From Bugula neritina (lineage: Eukaryota > Animalia > Bryozoa): a stretch of 64,000 nucleotides of DNA. Every line of letters begins with the position of its first letter. Within the stretch, counting starts at the first letter, position 1. The translations under genes were made by a program, and so were the position numbers. The notes under the pieces are model-generated. The model saw only the letters and a program-made list of their open reading frames with translations, ran no database searches and had not been told where the DNA came from. Of the stretch, positions 26,725 to 36,300 are shown one piece after another. The DNA lies in contig OZ037769.1 in the NCBI GenBank assembly GCA_964035545.1, positions 11,314,633 to 11,378,632 of the forward strand, read 5' to 3'.

Positions 26725-27778
26725 TCATTGGTTGGACTCTGCTTCTTGTAGCGACCGTGCTCTGTGTCGAGCCTGTCGGGCCCGTAGCCGCCTCTTCAGT
26801 CGTCCCACTGAGTCTTTCAACTGGTATAGACCTGTCGTCGTATCCAGCAAGTCAGGGGCAAGTTGTGTGAACTCGGCTTGCAGTCTTAGAAGCCGCTCTT
26901 CTACGTTAGCCAGCTGGCTAGGCCTTGGTGGGGTTATAGGGGTCTCCGTTATACGGGATATGGTTGTTTCTTCTACTTCTGGGGTGTTGCTGGGGTTGAC
27001 GGGGGTAGGAGGTGGGCCCTGAACCATAGGGGACTTATGGCGGGCAGATAGTAACAGTACGTGAAACCCTGACGTTAGTGCGGCCAGGGTAATAGCCTTC
27101 CTGATGACTGGCTTGATGGCATCCAGGTATAGGGGGAAACTGTCTTCATCAACAGTGTGGTTCTCTCCGGCGAAGCAGCTTAGCTTATGTACTGTCACGG
27201 GATACGGGTAGACGTCGTGGAACCCGCAGGGACAGAAGTGGAGTAGGAAATGGGCATCTACATGTAAACGCAAGGAGCGGTGCGACGGGCACTCCTCAAA
27301 GCAGACCTGGCAGGTTCGGTGTGGTCCACTGGGTCCCCAGGCTTCTTTAATTCTCCTCTCTGTCGTGGGTGACACCCAACGGTGCCGTCGGCGGAGTACT
27401 ACTGGTATGCCATTCTCCATTACAGGCTCTTCTTCCATAGACAGAGAGGTTGGCTGGTCCCGTGACCGGGAGGTGGTCACTCGAGTGTGATCTGAAAGAG
27501 TAGCAGTGTTAAAGATTATACACTGAGACACCGTCGGCGTGTACAGCCTGACCGGTACTCTGTTCAGTTACACTCGTGAGATTCAGGCTAATGAATAGTT
27601 GATGGAGAACACACTCGCTATGACAGATTATTTAAAATCAAAGTCGACGTGTATTCCCACCACTGTTTATCATTATCGAATCTCCAGCTTAGCTAGTGTA
27701 GCTAAGCTGACTGATGCAGTCTAGTTATCGTACCAAAAACATAATTAACTCACCCTTCGATCCAGAATAGTAAGACAT
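26725..27778 (-). CDS. ORF3 of element 1: spliced tandem zinc-finger/coiled-coil protein (~263 aa)
   Basis: Exon 1 at 27778-27754 (MSYYSGSK, donor G|GTGAGT), intron 27753-27492 (..TACTCTTTCAG), exon 2 at 27491-26725 in frame. C-x2-C-x12-H-x3-H plus C-x-C-x12-H-x3-C, and a C-terminal heptad/basic helix. Confidence 0.8.
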
Positions 27779-27801
27779 TTTGGAATGAAAGTGGTAACTG
27801 A

Positions 27802-30060
27802 TTACTGTTTACTGGCACGTCTACTCTCGACTGCATCAACATAGGAAAAGACCGGACAGCGTGGTTGTGAAACGTGACTAGGGCTTTTCACTTCCAGCGG
27901 ATGAATCTCGTGTGAGATTCCGCCGAGGCAAAAGTTGAGATTCTCGTGGTGATCACAACTCCCACGGCTCTTTGCCTGTTTTCCCATGCGAGGCCTCTCT
28001 AGACTTTTGTTACTGCCGCTTATACCGCGGTCACGTACACAGTCTCTGAGACACGCTGGAAGTTGCCTAGTGTGTGGTGCTGGTCCTATGTTGGCACCTC
28101 CTTGCGGAGCCCCTCCCACGGGGGGTTTTTGCACTTCCGGACCTGTCTCTGGTTCCGGAAGTGGTGATGATGGCAGGCTTGACGTTGGGGGCGGTGGGCG
28201 CACTTTCAAGGACGGAAGTGGCCTTTCTCGCCTCGCCAAGTCTTCCTGACGTGTCATGGAGGTGTTTCCGGCCAGGTTGACAGTCTCCGCCTGCCGAGAC
28301 CTTCTCGCACAATGCGTCTGCCGCCCCGCTTCACCAGGGAGACGGCTATGCTTGTTGGTCTGGCAGACTTTGCACCGTCTCACTCTGCGTCGGATATCCC
28401 GTTCCATGTTAGGCCAGTACCACCGGAGTTGTAGCTTGGTGACCACCCCTTGGACTCCTCCGTGAGTCTCCTCGTGGGTGTCTTGTATCAACTTCCGGCG
28501 GATGGCAACTGGGCAGACAACCCTCTTCCTGGCTGGCTGTCCGCTGTTGGCGGCCAAGGTCATGGTTAGCAGACCATCTGGCCCGACCCGCAGAGAGCTC
28601 CAACGTTGACAGTACAGCCGTAACTCGGCGCATCCCTGTCGCCGTTGTGTACTACTGGGTCGTCGCCCCTCCTGTTTCGCTCGGTACACGTCGGCTACCA
28701 CCCCAGGAAGGCATTCCTGGAGCTTCGGCAGCTCCCTAACGTTACCAGCCCATACAGGTTTGGCGCGGAGGCTCTGGGCAGCCTCCGGGGGCGTGTCAGC
28801 CCTCTGTTGAAGTGGCTGAGCAGGGGCGGTCCTCGCCGCCCGTGGTACCTCACGGCAGCCTGCTCTATTTAGGCGGGCTCCGTGGTTTGTGTGGCTGAAC
28901 GCCTCACTGTACCCATGTGGCAACCTAGCCCTAGCCTGGCGCTTCCCGTTGCCTGTGCAGCCACGCGTCCCTGGAGGAGGGGAGGCGTGGGTTGGGACGG
29001 TCCTCCGCCCTCGAGGCGGGCTCTGCTGAGGACCTTCCGTCGTAGCTCCCGACGACGGCCCAATGGCTTCCTCCTGGACAGGATGGAAGCGACCCAGCAT
29101 GGATCTGGGTGGTAGGTCTACTGTCTCTGAGAAGGGGTTGACACACTGCACTGAGATCTCTCCTTGCCCCGTGAGCCGGCTAAAACTACGGGCAAGTTGG
29201 ACTCTCGAGTGCGTACTTTCGACAACTCCCAACTTAGAGGTTTGGCCACCGTCTACCTTGCAGCGGACGGTAGCCCGGGAGTGGCCTGGTATAGTACAGC
29301 TCCGTACTACCTGTACTGCTCCCGCTAGAGGACGACCAAACTTATCGACACAAGCGAGCTCCTTGTCGCCCATGATTATCGCAGATTTACTGAAATCGAT
29401 GCGACAACCGTGTCGTTGTAAGAATGGCATCCCGAGGATAGCATCCTCGTTGAGCTGCCCGACGATGAACGTCTCTTGGATGGCCTGGCTACGGACGTAA
29501 CCAGTTAGCTCAATAATGCCGTAGAAGGGAATGCACGACCCGTCTGCCAAGGTGCCGTGATCCCCCTCGTACGGTGCCAACCTGTCCTTGACCTTAGCGC
29601 TGAGGGTGTCAAAGAACTGACGGCTAAGGAGGTTGGTGGTGCAGCCGGAGTCCAGGAGGAAGTTGGCAGGCTTGCCGGCTAACTTCCCTGGCAGGAAGTA
29701 GCTACTTCCGTGCGGCTGCAGTTGAGTGTGCCGTGGTTGCACCTCCCTCGCTGTGGGTCGAGGGGTCCACGGTTGGCGGCGACTATTGACCAGCTGCCGA
29801 GGTTGGGGCGGTACGCCTTGCGGCGCTTGTACCGTTTCCCTCGCAGGCTCTGTGGTCAACCGTCTGCCGGCTCCGTGTTGGTGCCGGAGTGGCGTAGAGG
29901 ACCCAGGCGGCGAGTGGCTTGAGCCTACTTGCCGCGGGGGTCGCCACTTCACAGCATCTCCGCGCGGCGCCCAGCGGGGCGACAGACGCGCGGGCCTCCC
30001 TGGGTGATTTACAGACGGCCCGCAGGAGGTGGGAACATCTGCGGGCCGGGGTAGTTTAAC
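27802..30060 (-). CDS. Internally deleted Pol of element 1 (aspartic protease + integrase HHCC zinc-binding domain; no RT, RNase H or integrase core), in the -1 frame to gag
   Basis: FLLDSGCTTN protease motif, ILGMPFL, and HEETHGG..RWYWPNM..CKVC are present. No YxDD, no TDAS, no D,D35E. Confidence 0.88.
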   Translation of the reverse strand, partial: VKLPRPADVPTSCGPSVNHPGRPARLSPRWAPRGDAVKWRPPRQVGSSHSPPGSSTPLRHQHGAGRRLTTEPARETVQAPQGVPPQPRQLVNSRRQPWTPRPTAREVQPRHTQLQPHGSSYFLPGKLAGKPANFLLDSGCTTNLLSRQFFDTLSAKVKDRLAPYEGDHGTLADGSCIPFYGIIELTGYVRSQAIQETFIVGQLNEDAILGMPFLQRHGCRIDFSKSAIIMGDKELACVDKFGRPLAGAVQVVRSCTIPGHSRATVRCKVDGGQTSKLGVVESTHSRVQLARSFSRLTGQGEISVQCVNPFSETVDLPPRSMLGRFHPVQEEAIGPSSGATTEGPQQSPPRGRRTVPTHASPPPGTRGCTGNGKRQARARLPHGYSEAFSHTNHGARLNRAGCREVPRAARTAPAQPLQQRADTPPEAAQSLRAKPVWAGNVRELPKLQECLPGVVADVYRAKQEGRRPSSTQRRQGCAELRLYCQRWSSLRVGPDGLLTMTLAANSGQPARKRVVCPVAIRRKLIQDTHEETHGGVQGVVTKLQLRWYWPNMERDIRRRVRRCKVCQTNKHSRLPGEAGRQTHCARRSRQAETVNLAGNTSMTRQEDLARRERPLPSLKVRPPPPTSSLPSSPLPEPETGPEVQKPPVGGAPQGGANIGPAPHTRQLPACLRDCVRDRGISGSNKSLERPRMGKQAKSRGSCDHHENLNFCLGGISHEIHPLEVKSPSHVSQPRCPVFSYVDAVESRRASKQ

Positions 30061-30959
30061 CCTGGTGGGAGTTGAGGGCAGTTTCTCTGGAAATGTCCTG
30101 GCCTTCCGCATTCCCAGCAGAAGTGGTGCCCCATGTCTGGTGATTGTACCTGCGGCCCGCAAGGCTCACGGGCAGTATCTACCTGGCTTGGGGAGGCTAA
30201 TGTGGTGACCAGTTTATCTAGCATGTCAGTCATCTGTGAGATTTTTGACACTAGTGACATCTGGTTCACATTAGCCACCGCGGAGGGTTCCGCATTTACT
30301 TCGGTGTGAGCAGTAGAGTGCTCCGTGGTCACCTGGCGGGAGGCCACGCGGTTGCGGTGCATATGAGTCGCCAAGAGATAGGCTTCTCCCACCGCAAGTG
30401 CATCTTCGACTGTGGTGACTCCCCTCGCTTGGAGTTGATGGTGGAGCCCCAAGTCGTTGATGGACTGCACGAAGGCATCATAGGTATACCTCTCACGGTG
30501 TACCGGAGGCAGATCGCGGAATGCGATCTGCGCTAATGGGTACACCGTGGCAGCGTGCTCTTCTAGTGACGTGTGAGGATCACGCCGCATCCTCTGTAGA
30601 CGGGCCCGCGCATCTATGGGAGAGATGCCAAAACGGGCCCGCAGGGAAGCAAAGATTCCGTCTATGTCAGGTCCAGCTCCGTACGGCTTAGCTTTGCCCG
30701 TCAGCGCCATCCTGAGCTTTAGCAACGCCACCCTTGGCGGCCATTCTGCAATCTCCATCACATCTTGGAATTCTTGAATAAACTGCTCCACTGCTTCTTC
30801 GCCAGTGAAGGTGGGCGCCTTCAGCCGGTATCTATCTTCACCATGCCCTCTAAGAATTCTCACTTCTTCATCTAACACCACTGGTTCCACAGGTATATCA
30901 ACATTATCTCTCTCACCTTCATTCAGTGGAATGGGTAGCTCCGTGCCGTCTTCTGCCAT
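30009..30959 (-). CDS. gag: Gag of element 1
   Basis: First ATG after the PBS. Capsid-like YRLKAPTFTGEEAVEQFIQEF and CCHC knuckle CWECGRPGHFQRNC. Homologous to 32485-33354. Confidence 0.92.
   Translation of the reverse strand: MAEDGTELPIPLNEGERDNVDIPVEPVVLDEEVRILRGHGEDRYRLKAPTFTGEEAVEQFIQEFQDVMEIAEWPPRVALLKLRMALTGKAKPYGAGPDIDGIFASLRARFGISPIDARARLQRMRRDPHTSLEEHAATVYPLAQIAFRDLPPVHRERYTYDAFVQSINDLGLHHQLQARGVTTVEDALAVGEAYLLATHMHRNRVASRQVTTEHSTAHTEVNAEPSAVANVNQMSLVSKISQMTDMLDKLVTTLASPSQVDTAREPCGPQVQSPDMGHHFCWECGRPGHFQRNCPQLPPGLNYPGPQMFPPPAGRL
30016..30060 (-). promoter_or_regulatory. -1 ribosomal frameshift signal (gag-pro), element 1
   Basis: G_TTA_AAC, 5-nt spacer, 10-bp stem CGGCCCGCAG/CTGCGGGCCG. 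The downstream ORF is in the -1 frame. Confidence 0.8.
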
Positions 30960-30975
30960 GACTGCTATACGCAAG

Positions 30976-30993
30976 ATCCCACCGCTGCCACCA
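30976..30993 (-). promoter_or_regulatory. Primer-binding site, tRNA-Leu
   Basis: TGGTGGCAGCGGTGGGAT is complementary to the 3' end of metazoan tRNA-Leu(AAG/UAG) (..AUCCCACCGCUGCCA-CCA) and identical to the PBS of element 2. Confidence 0.85.
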
Positions 30994-30994
30994 C

Positions 30995-31346
30995 TGTAGT
31001 AATTTGTGCAATTACTGAGCGTGAGTTATTTACTTGCGTATAGTTAGCTGGTTATTCTGTTATCAATTACTAGGGTAGCTGTCGAGTAATTATATTTATT
31101 ATCCACAATAAAGCATAAACCAAACATCACATCAAATTATCCTATACAAGAGTCAACTACTAACACATGTTACTACTACAAGCCTCCGCTTACAACAACG
31201 TGATATAATGTTAATAACCCGGGAAGTGTCACGTGACTCGGAAGCATATCTTCCGGAGCTGCTAATTGGTTGCTACATAAGAGTCTAAGTATTCCAAGAA
31301 TAGGGAGAGGGCGATTCCTGTATTTGTACTTGCACTACTCACTACA
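30995..31346 (-). repeat. 5' LTR of element 1
   Basis: Direct repeat of 26083-26434, followed after 1 nt by the PBS. Confidence 0.96.
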
Positions 31347-32018
31347 CTATGTAAGATAGTTACTATAATTATTATGAATAATAAATACATGCAGAAAATG
31401 TTAAATTCTAGCACAATCGTATTGCCATCATGTTATATCAATGGTGATTGTATAAATAATGCATTAACAAATTGCATAAGCATACCGCGAATCAGAAAAA
31501 AAGCTGTAACATTGCAATACCATAGTTGAAAAGACTCCATCTTAGTAACAGCATTGCGTCTTATAAGTCTGTGATACAGAGTTCTAAGTTGCTCTTGTAG
31601 AGTCGAAACACTAAGATGAAGCAAATGCAAGCTCTCTCTCAACCTTAAATGCAAATATTCACCTTTGATTAAATAGACTGTAGTCACAGCTTACTGTTTA
31701 TAACTGCCATTTCTTCAAGCTTTTTTTAGCTGGCTGATTACAGCAACAGGCTTTTTGAAAAAGTCTGCCACAGGATGAAAATTTTTACACAAATCTGTGA
31801 ACCTTTAGTCTGCAATATTGTTGTTAGTTGGTTAGTTAGTTGTTAACTAATTTATATATGACACAATTCTTTGCTTATAGCTACTTGGCAGCAAGTTATG
31901 GGTAAATTGATAAAAAACATGTTACTTTTATTTACAAAACAACTTATTTGTTATAAGCTGCTTATTCAAAATTAATACAATACAAGTCAATTAACCTCCT
32001 TATACACGCAATGTGTAT

Positions 32019-32429
32019 TGTGATAGATTTTAGTAGTGCAATTCCTATTAGATTAATCGAAAAGGTTTACTCTATACTGTTTTATGTATCTTGTGAGTTC
32101 GACACTGTCGGAGTGTAACTATGGACAGTAGTGGCACCATTAGTAGCCACCAATCAGGACAGTGACACTAATTGATAGCAGGTGGAGCTAGCTACTCGTA
32201 GTTGCAGTGCGCTGAGTAGCTAGCCGGCAGAGCAGCTTGGGACTTCATTTAGAACAGTTGTGTATTAAAGCTCACTAATTATGTAACCGTTTTCTATTCA
32301 TGCTAGCAGTAAATAACCTTCTTGTATTTGTGTAAATAATAAAAGTATCTTATCATAAACAACCTGTCGCAGTGGCTTTGATTAAGTAGACCCACAAATA
32401 ATAATAGTGAACTGGCAAAATTCACTACA
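32019..32429 (+). repeat. 5' LTR of element 2
   Basis: Direct repeat of 39271-39681; contains CCAAT and AATAAA. Confidence 0.96.
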
Positions 32430-32430
32430 C

Positions 32431-32448
32431 TGGTGGCAGCGGTGGGAT
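32431..32448 (+). promoter_or_regulatory. Primer-binding site, tRNA-Leu
   Basis: TGGTGGCAGCGGTGGGAT, 1 nt after the LTR end. Confidence 0.85.
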
Positions 32449-32484
32449 CTCACTTAATACAAATGCCCCTAGTCAGGGAGTAAG

Positions 32485-33354
32485 ATGGCCGACGAAGTCG
32501 TCGACGCGCCCCGACAGGAGCCAGCAGCAAAGGAGGAGGATCACATAGGCGGCCCAGCGCTGCCTATGGACAGGTACCACTTGCGGGCTCCCACCTTCTC
32601 TGGAGAGGAAGATGTGGAGCAATTCATCACTGAGTTCAGTGATGTGGCGGACATCTGCGGATGGCCGAATAGGGTTACTCTGATCCAGCTGCGGTTGTGT
32701 CTGACAGGGCCGGCTAAACCCTATGGGATAAGCCAGAATGTCGGTGACATATTTGAAGCAATACGAGCTAGGTTTGGATTAACCGCTCGAGATGCTCGCG
32801 TGCAACTGCAGAGTCTTAGGAGAAATCCTAAGACCAATCTGCGAGAGCACGCTACCGTAGTCGAACGACTGGCACAAGTTGCTTACAGCGACTTGCCTGC
32901 CGATGGTCGACAGAGCCTAGCACTGGATGCATTCCTCCAGTCTATTAACAACCTCGGTCTTAAACAGCATCTGCTGGTGGCCGAAGTTGAGACTATGGAG
33001 AGAGCTCTAAGGCTTGGGAATGCCTATTTCCAAGCCGACAGTGCAAGTCGACCTGGCGCGACAGTACAGCAAGTCGGGGCAGACGACGTGTCGACGTCGT
33101 CAACGAAGACAGCTGTACAAGTCGCAGCGGCAGCAGCAGACGAATCTAGCTTAACCACGAGCTTGATTCGAGAACTGCTCGCCGAGTTCAGGCAACTGCG
33201 CCAGCAGGCGACAGCCAAGAGACCCAAGAGGTCGTCGGTAGCTGTCGCCGACAGGCGCGGCCCCGTATGCTGGGGCTGTGGTAGCGGTGGGCACTTCTTA
33301 CGAAGTTGCCCCCGCGGCAGTGGGAGGCGGTTAAACAGCGACGGCCCACGGTAA
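32485..33354 (+). CDS. gag: Gag of element 2
   Basis: YHLRAPTFSGEEDVEQFITEF and CCHC knuckle CWGCGSGGHFLRSC. Confidence 0.93.
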   Translation: MADEVVDAPRQEPAAKEEDHIGGPALPMDRYHLRAPTFSGEEDVEQFITEFSDVADICGWPNRVTLIQLRLCLTGPAKPYGISQNVGDIFEAIRARFGLTARDARVQLQSLRRNPKTNLREHATVVERLAQVAYSDLPADGRQSLALDAFLQSINNLGLKQHLLVAEVETMERALRLGNAYFQADSASRPGATVQQVGADDVSTSSTKTAVQVAAAAADESSLTTSLIRELLAEFRQLRQQATAKRPKRSSVAVADRRGPVCWGCGSGGHFLRSCPRGSGRRLNSDGPR

Positions 33355-33373
33355 CTTCCGCCTACCGTGGGCC
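33330..33373 (+). promoter_or_regulatory. -1 ribosomal frameshift signal (gag-pol), element 2
   Basis: G_TTA_AAC, 6-nt spacer, 11-bp stem GGCCCACGGTA/TACCGTGGGCC. pol is in the -1 frame. Confidence 0.8.
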
Positions 33374-36300
33374 CGAGTTTAACCCCCCAAGGCAAAGGCT
33401 ACGGCCCCCACCCCATCGGGTGAGGAGGCCGCCTTCGCCAGAGTGGCAAGTCTCAAGGAGAGTGAGTCGGCCGCAAGGCCCACCAATACCTCCGGCTTGG
33501 GCACTCAAAAACCGCTTTGAAGGTTTGCTTGATGAGGGAGTGAACGACGAATGGGAGCACAACAGAGATTTTCCTCGGTTGCCCACACGAGCATCAGTCC
33601 GAGAATTCACTCGGCCGCCCGTGTGTGAGCGAGACCGAGACGTACCCTGCCCGCCCATGCAACGTCGACGACCCCCTCGCAACCGAAAAGCACAGGTGCA
33701 TCCCCAATTCCATGCACATGAGGTGTCGCCTCAAGAGACAAATCGCTCAGTGAGCGCCCAGCCATATGGAAGCAGCTATTTCCTCCCCGGCAAAATTGCT
33801 GGTAAAGCTGCCACATTCCTGTTGGATACTGGGTGTACCACAAATCTACTGAGTCGGCGTCTCTTCGACACTCTCAGTGCCAAGGACAGGGCTAGCCTAG
33901 AACCATATGAAGGGGAACACGGCACGTTGGCGGACGGGTCGTGTATTCCTTTCTATGGGGTAATCCAGTTGACTGGTAGAGTCCGTGATCAGATGATCAG
34001 TGAGACCTTCATCGTCAGTCAACTCAAGGAGGATGCCATCTTGGGCATGCCATTTCTGAAGCGACACAGGTGCTACATCGACTTTAGCAAGTCGGCAGTA
34101 GTGATGGCGGGGCGTGAGCTGGCCTGTGTCGACCGATTTGGCCGACCTTTGGTGGGGGGAGTGCAGGTGGTACAGCGCTGTACTGTACCTGGGCGCTCCC
34201 GGGCTACAGTTCGCTGCAGAGTGAACTGTAGGGAGATCTCCGAACTCGGAGTGGTGGAAGGTGCACTGGGGGGCGTCCAGCTCGCTAACAGTTTGAATAG
34301 ACTGGATGAGCGGAGGGAGTTCCTGGTCCAGTGCGTAAACCCTTTCACGGAGCCGGTAGAATTACCGGCTGGGTCTCTAGTAGGGAAGTTCCACTCCGTG
34401 CAAGAGGAGGATGTAGGGCCCGCGCTGGAAACAGCGGACGGTGCCCGGGGACCCGCCGGTTAGGTCCTGAGAAGGAGAGAGAAGTGAGCCGTCAGGTGCA
34501 AGACCTTCTGAACCGGGACCTGATTGAGCCAGGCCATGGGGCCTGGAGTTCTCCAGTCGTCCTGGTTCGGAAAAAGGATGGTAGCTGGAGGTTTTGCGTT
34601 GACTATCGCAGGCTGAACAGCGTGACCATCCAGGACGCTTACCCTCTCCCGAGGATCGATGAGTCGCTCGATGCCTTAGCTGGTAGCAAGTTCTTCAGCA
34701 CGTTGGACTTGTTAAGCGGGTATTGGCAGGTGCCCCTGAGTCCTGAAGCACAGGACAAGGCCGCGTTTATAACGCGGGATGGGCTCTGGAAATGGAAGAT
34801 GTTGCCATTCGGACTTACGTCCGCACCAGCCACCTTCCAGCGACTCATGGAGCAGGTCCTGAGTGGACTGCACTGGAAGACCTTGCTCATATATCTCGAT
34901 GATGTCATCGTCATCTCCCCCGACTTCGACACACATGTCAGTCGACTCAGGGAGGTGTTCGACAGACTCCGAGCTGCTAACCTGAAGCTGAAGCCCTCGA
35001 AGTGTGCATTACTGCAACGCGAGGTCAAGTACCTGGGCCATGTAGTTGGTCGAGACGGGGTCGCCACCGACCCCGAGAAGGTACGGGCCGTGAGGGACTG
35101 GGCCGTTCCTGTCGACCTCTCTGAATTGCGGGCGTTCCTGGGGCTGGTTGGGTACTATCGTCAGTACATACCAGACTTTGCAGGAATTGCACAGCCGTTA
35201 AATCGGCTGACCGCGAAGGGGGTGCGATGGCAGTGGACGCAGGCTGAGCAGAAGGCATTTGACCACCTGAAGGATCGCCTGGTGGAGGCACCCATCTTGG
35301 CGTATCCTGACCCTGCGAAGGAGTACATTTTGGATACTGATGCCAGTAACCATAATGTGGGGGCGGTGCTATCACAGGTCCAAGATGGTCGCGAGGTGGT
35401 GGTGGCTTACTATAGCAAGGCCCTGTCGGCGCCTGAGAAGAACTACTGTACAACCAGGAGGGAACTCTTGGCAGTAGTCAAGGCGGTCAAACACTTTAGA
35501 CCATATCTATATGGGCGCACATTCCGGCTTCGGACGGATCATGCGTCCCTGATATGGCTGTGTCGACGGGCAGAACCATCCAGCCAAGTGGCGCGCTGGC
35601 TAGAGATCCTGGCAGAGTTTTCTTATCGGATCGAGCATCGACCCGGTAAGAAACACGGTAATGCAGATGGACTCAGCCGCCGCCAGGCAGATGGGTGTAA
35701 GCAATGCCAGAATATCGAGCGCAGGGACGGTGGACCCCCTCGCTCGGACGTCGAAGCGCAGTTAGGGAAAGCGGGTGTGTACAGCTGGGAAGAAGGGCAA
35801 CTCCTGTCCGAATCACCCAACAAGGCTGTTAACAACCTTCACGCAAACCCCACGTTGCTTCGGAACGTCAGGGAGCTATGTCGGCTCCAGTCCACGCTAC
35901 CAGGAGTGGTAGCTGACCTAGTCCGGGCCAAGAAGGAGGGACGGCGGCCGAGTGAGGCCGAACAGCGAGTGAAGAGTACTGAGTTTAAGTACTTCTGTGA
36001 CCGCTGGGACTCCCTAAGGTTCAACAGCGATGGGCTGCTAACGATCACGTTGGCAGTCGGCACCAATCGCAATGAACGAGAGAGGGTAGTCTGCCCGTCA
36101 GCTCTGCGGCGGGAGTTGATCTGGGACACCCATAAGCAAGCTCACGCAGGAGCTAGCCGGGTGATCAGGTGTCTTCAACTCCAGTGGTTTTGGCCCGGTA
36201 TGACCTGGGATGTCCGACTCCGGGTGCGGAAGTGCGAGGTGTGCCAAGCTAGCAAGCATGGCCGCCCCACTGAGACCGCAGGGAGGCGTCGCCTCCATGC

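Larger units (their letters stand above)
26083..31346 (-). mobile_element. Ty3/Gypsy-derived LTR retrotransposon, non-autonomous (element 1: gag, PR, no RT/RH/IN core, ORF3)
   Basis: 352-bp TG..CA LTRs (26083-26434, 30995-31346), identical by eye. TSD CTAT. PBS at 30976-30993. PPT GGGGGGGACGG at 26435-26445. Confidence 0.96.

Noticed and set aside
30910-30925. Phase-1 donor GAAG|GTGAGA in element 1 gag that could join ORF3
   Set aside because: No equivalent in element 2; the mini-exon model is conserved in both and is preferred.
31433-31810. 84-aa minus-strand ORF between the two elements as a host exon
   Set aside because: GTG start, no recognisable homology, and no frame-consistent splice sites found.
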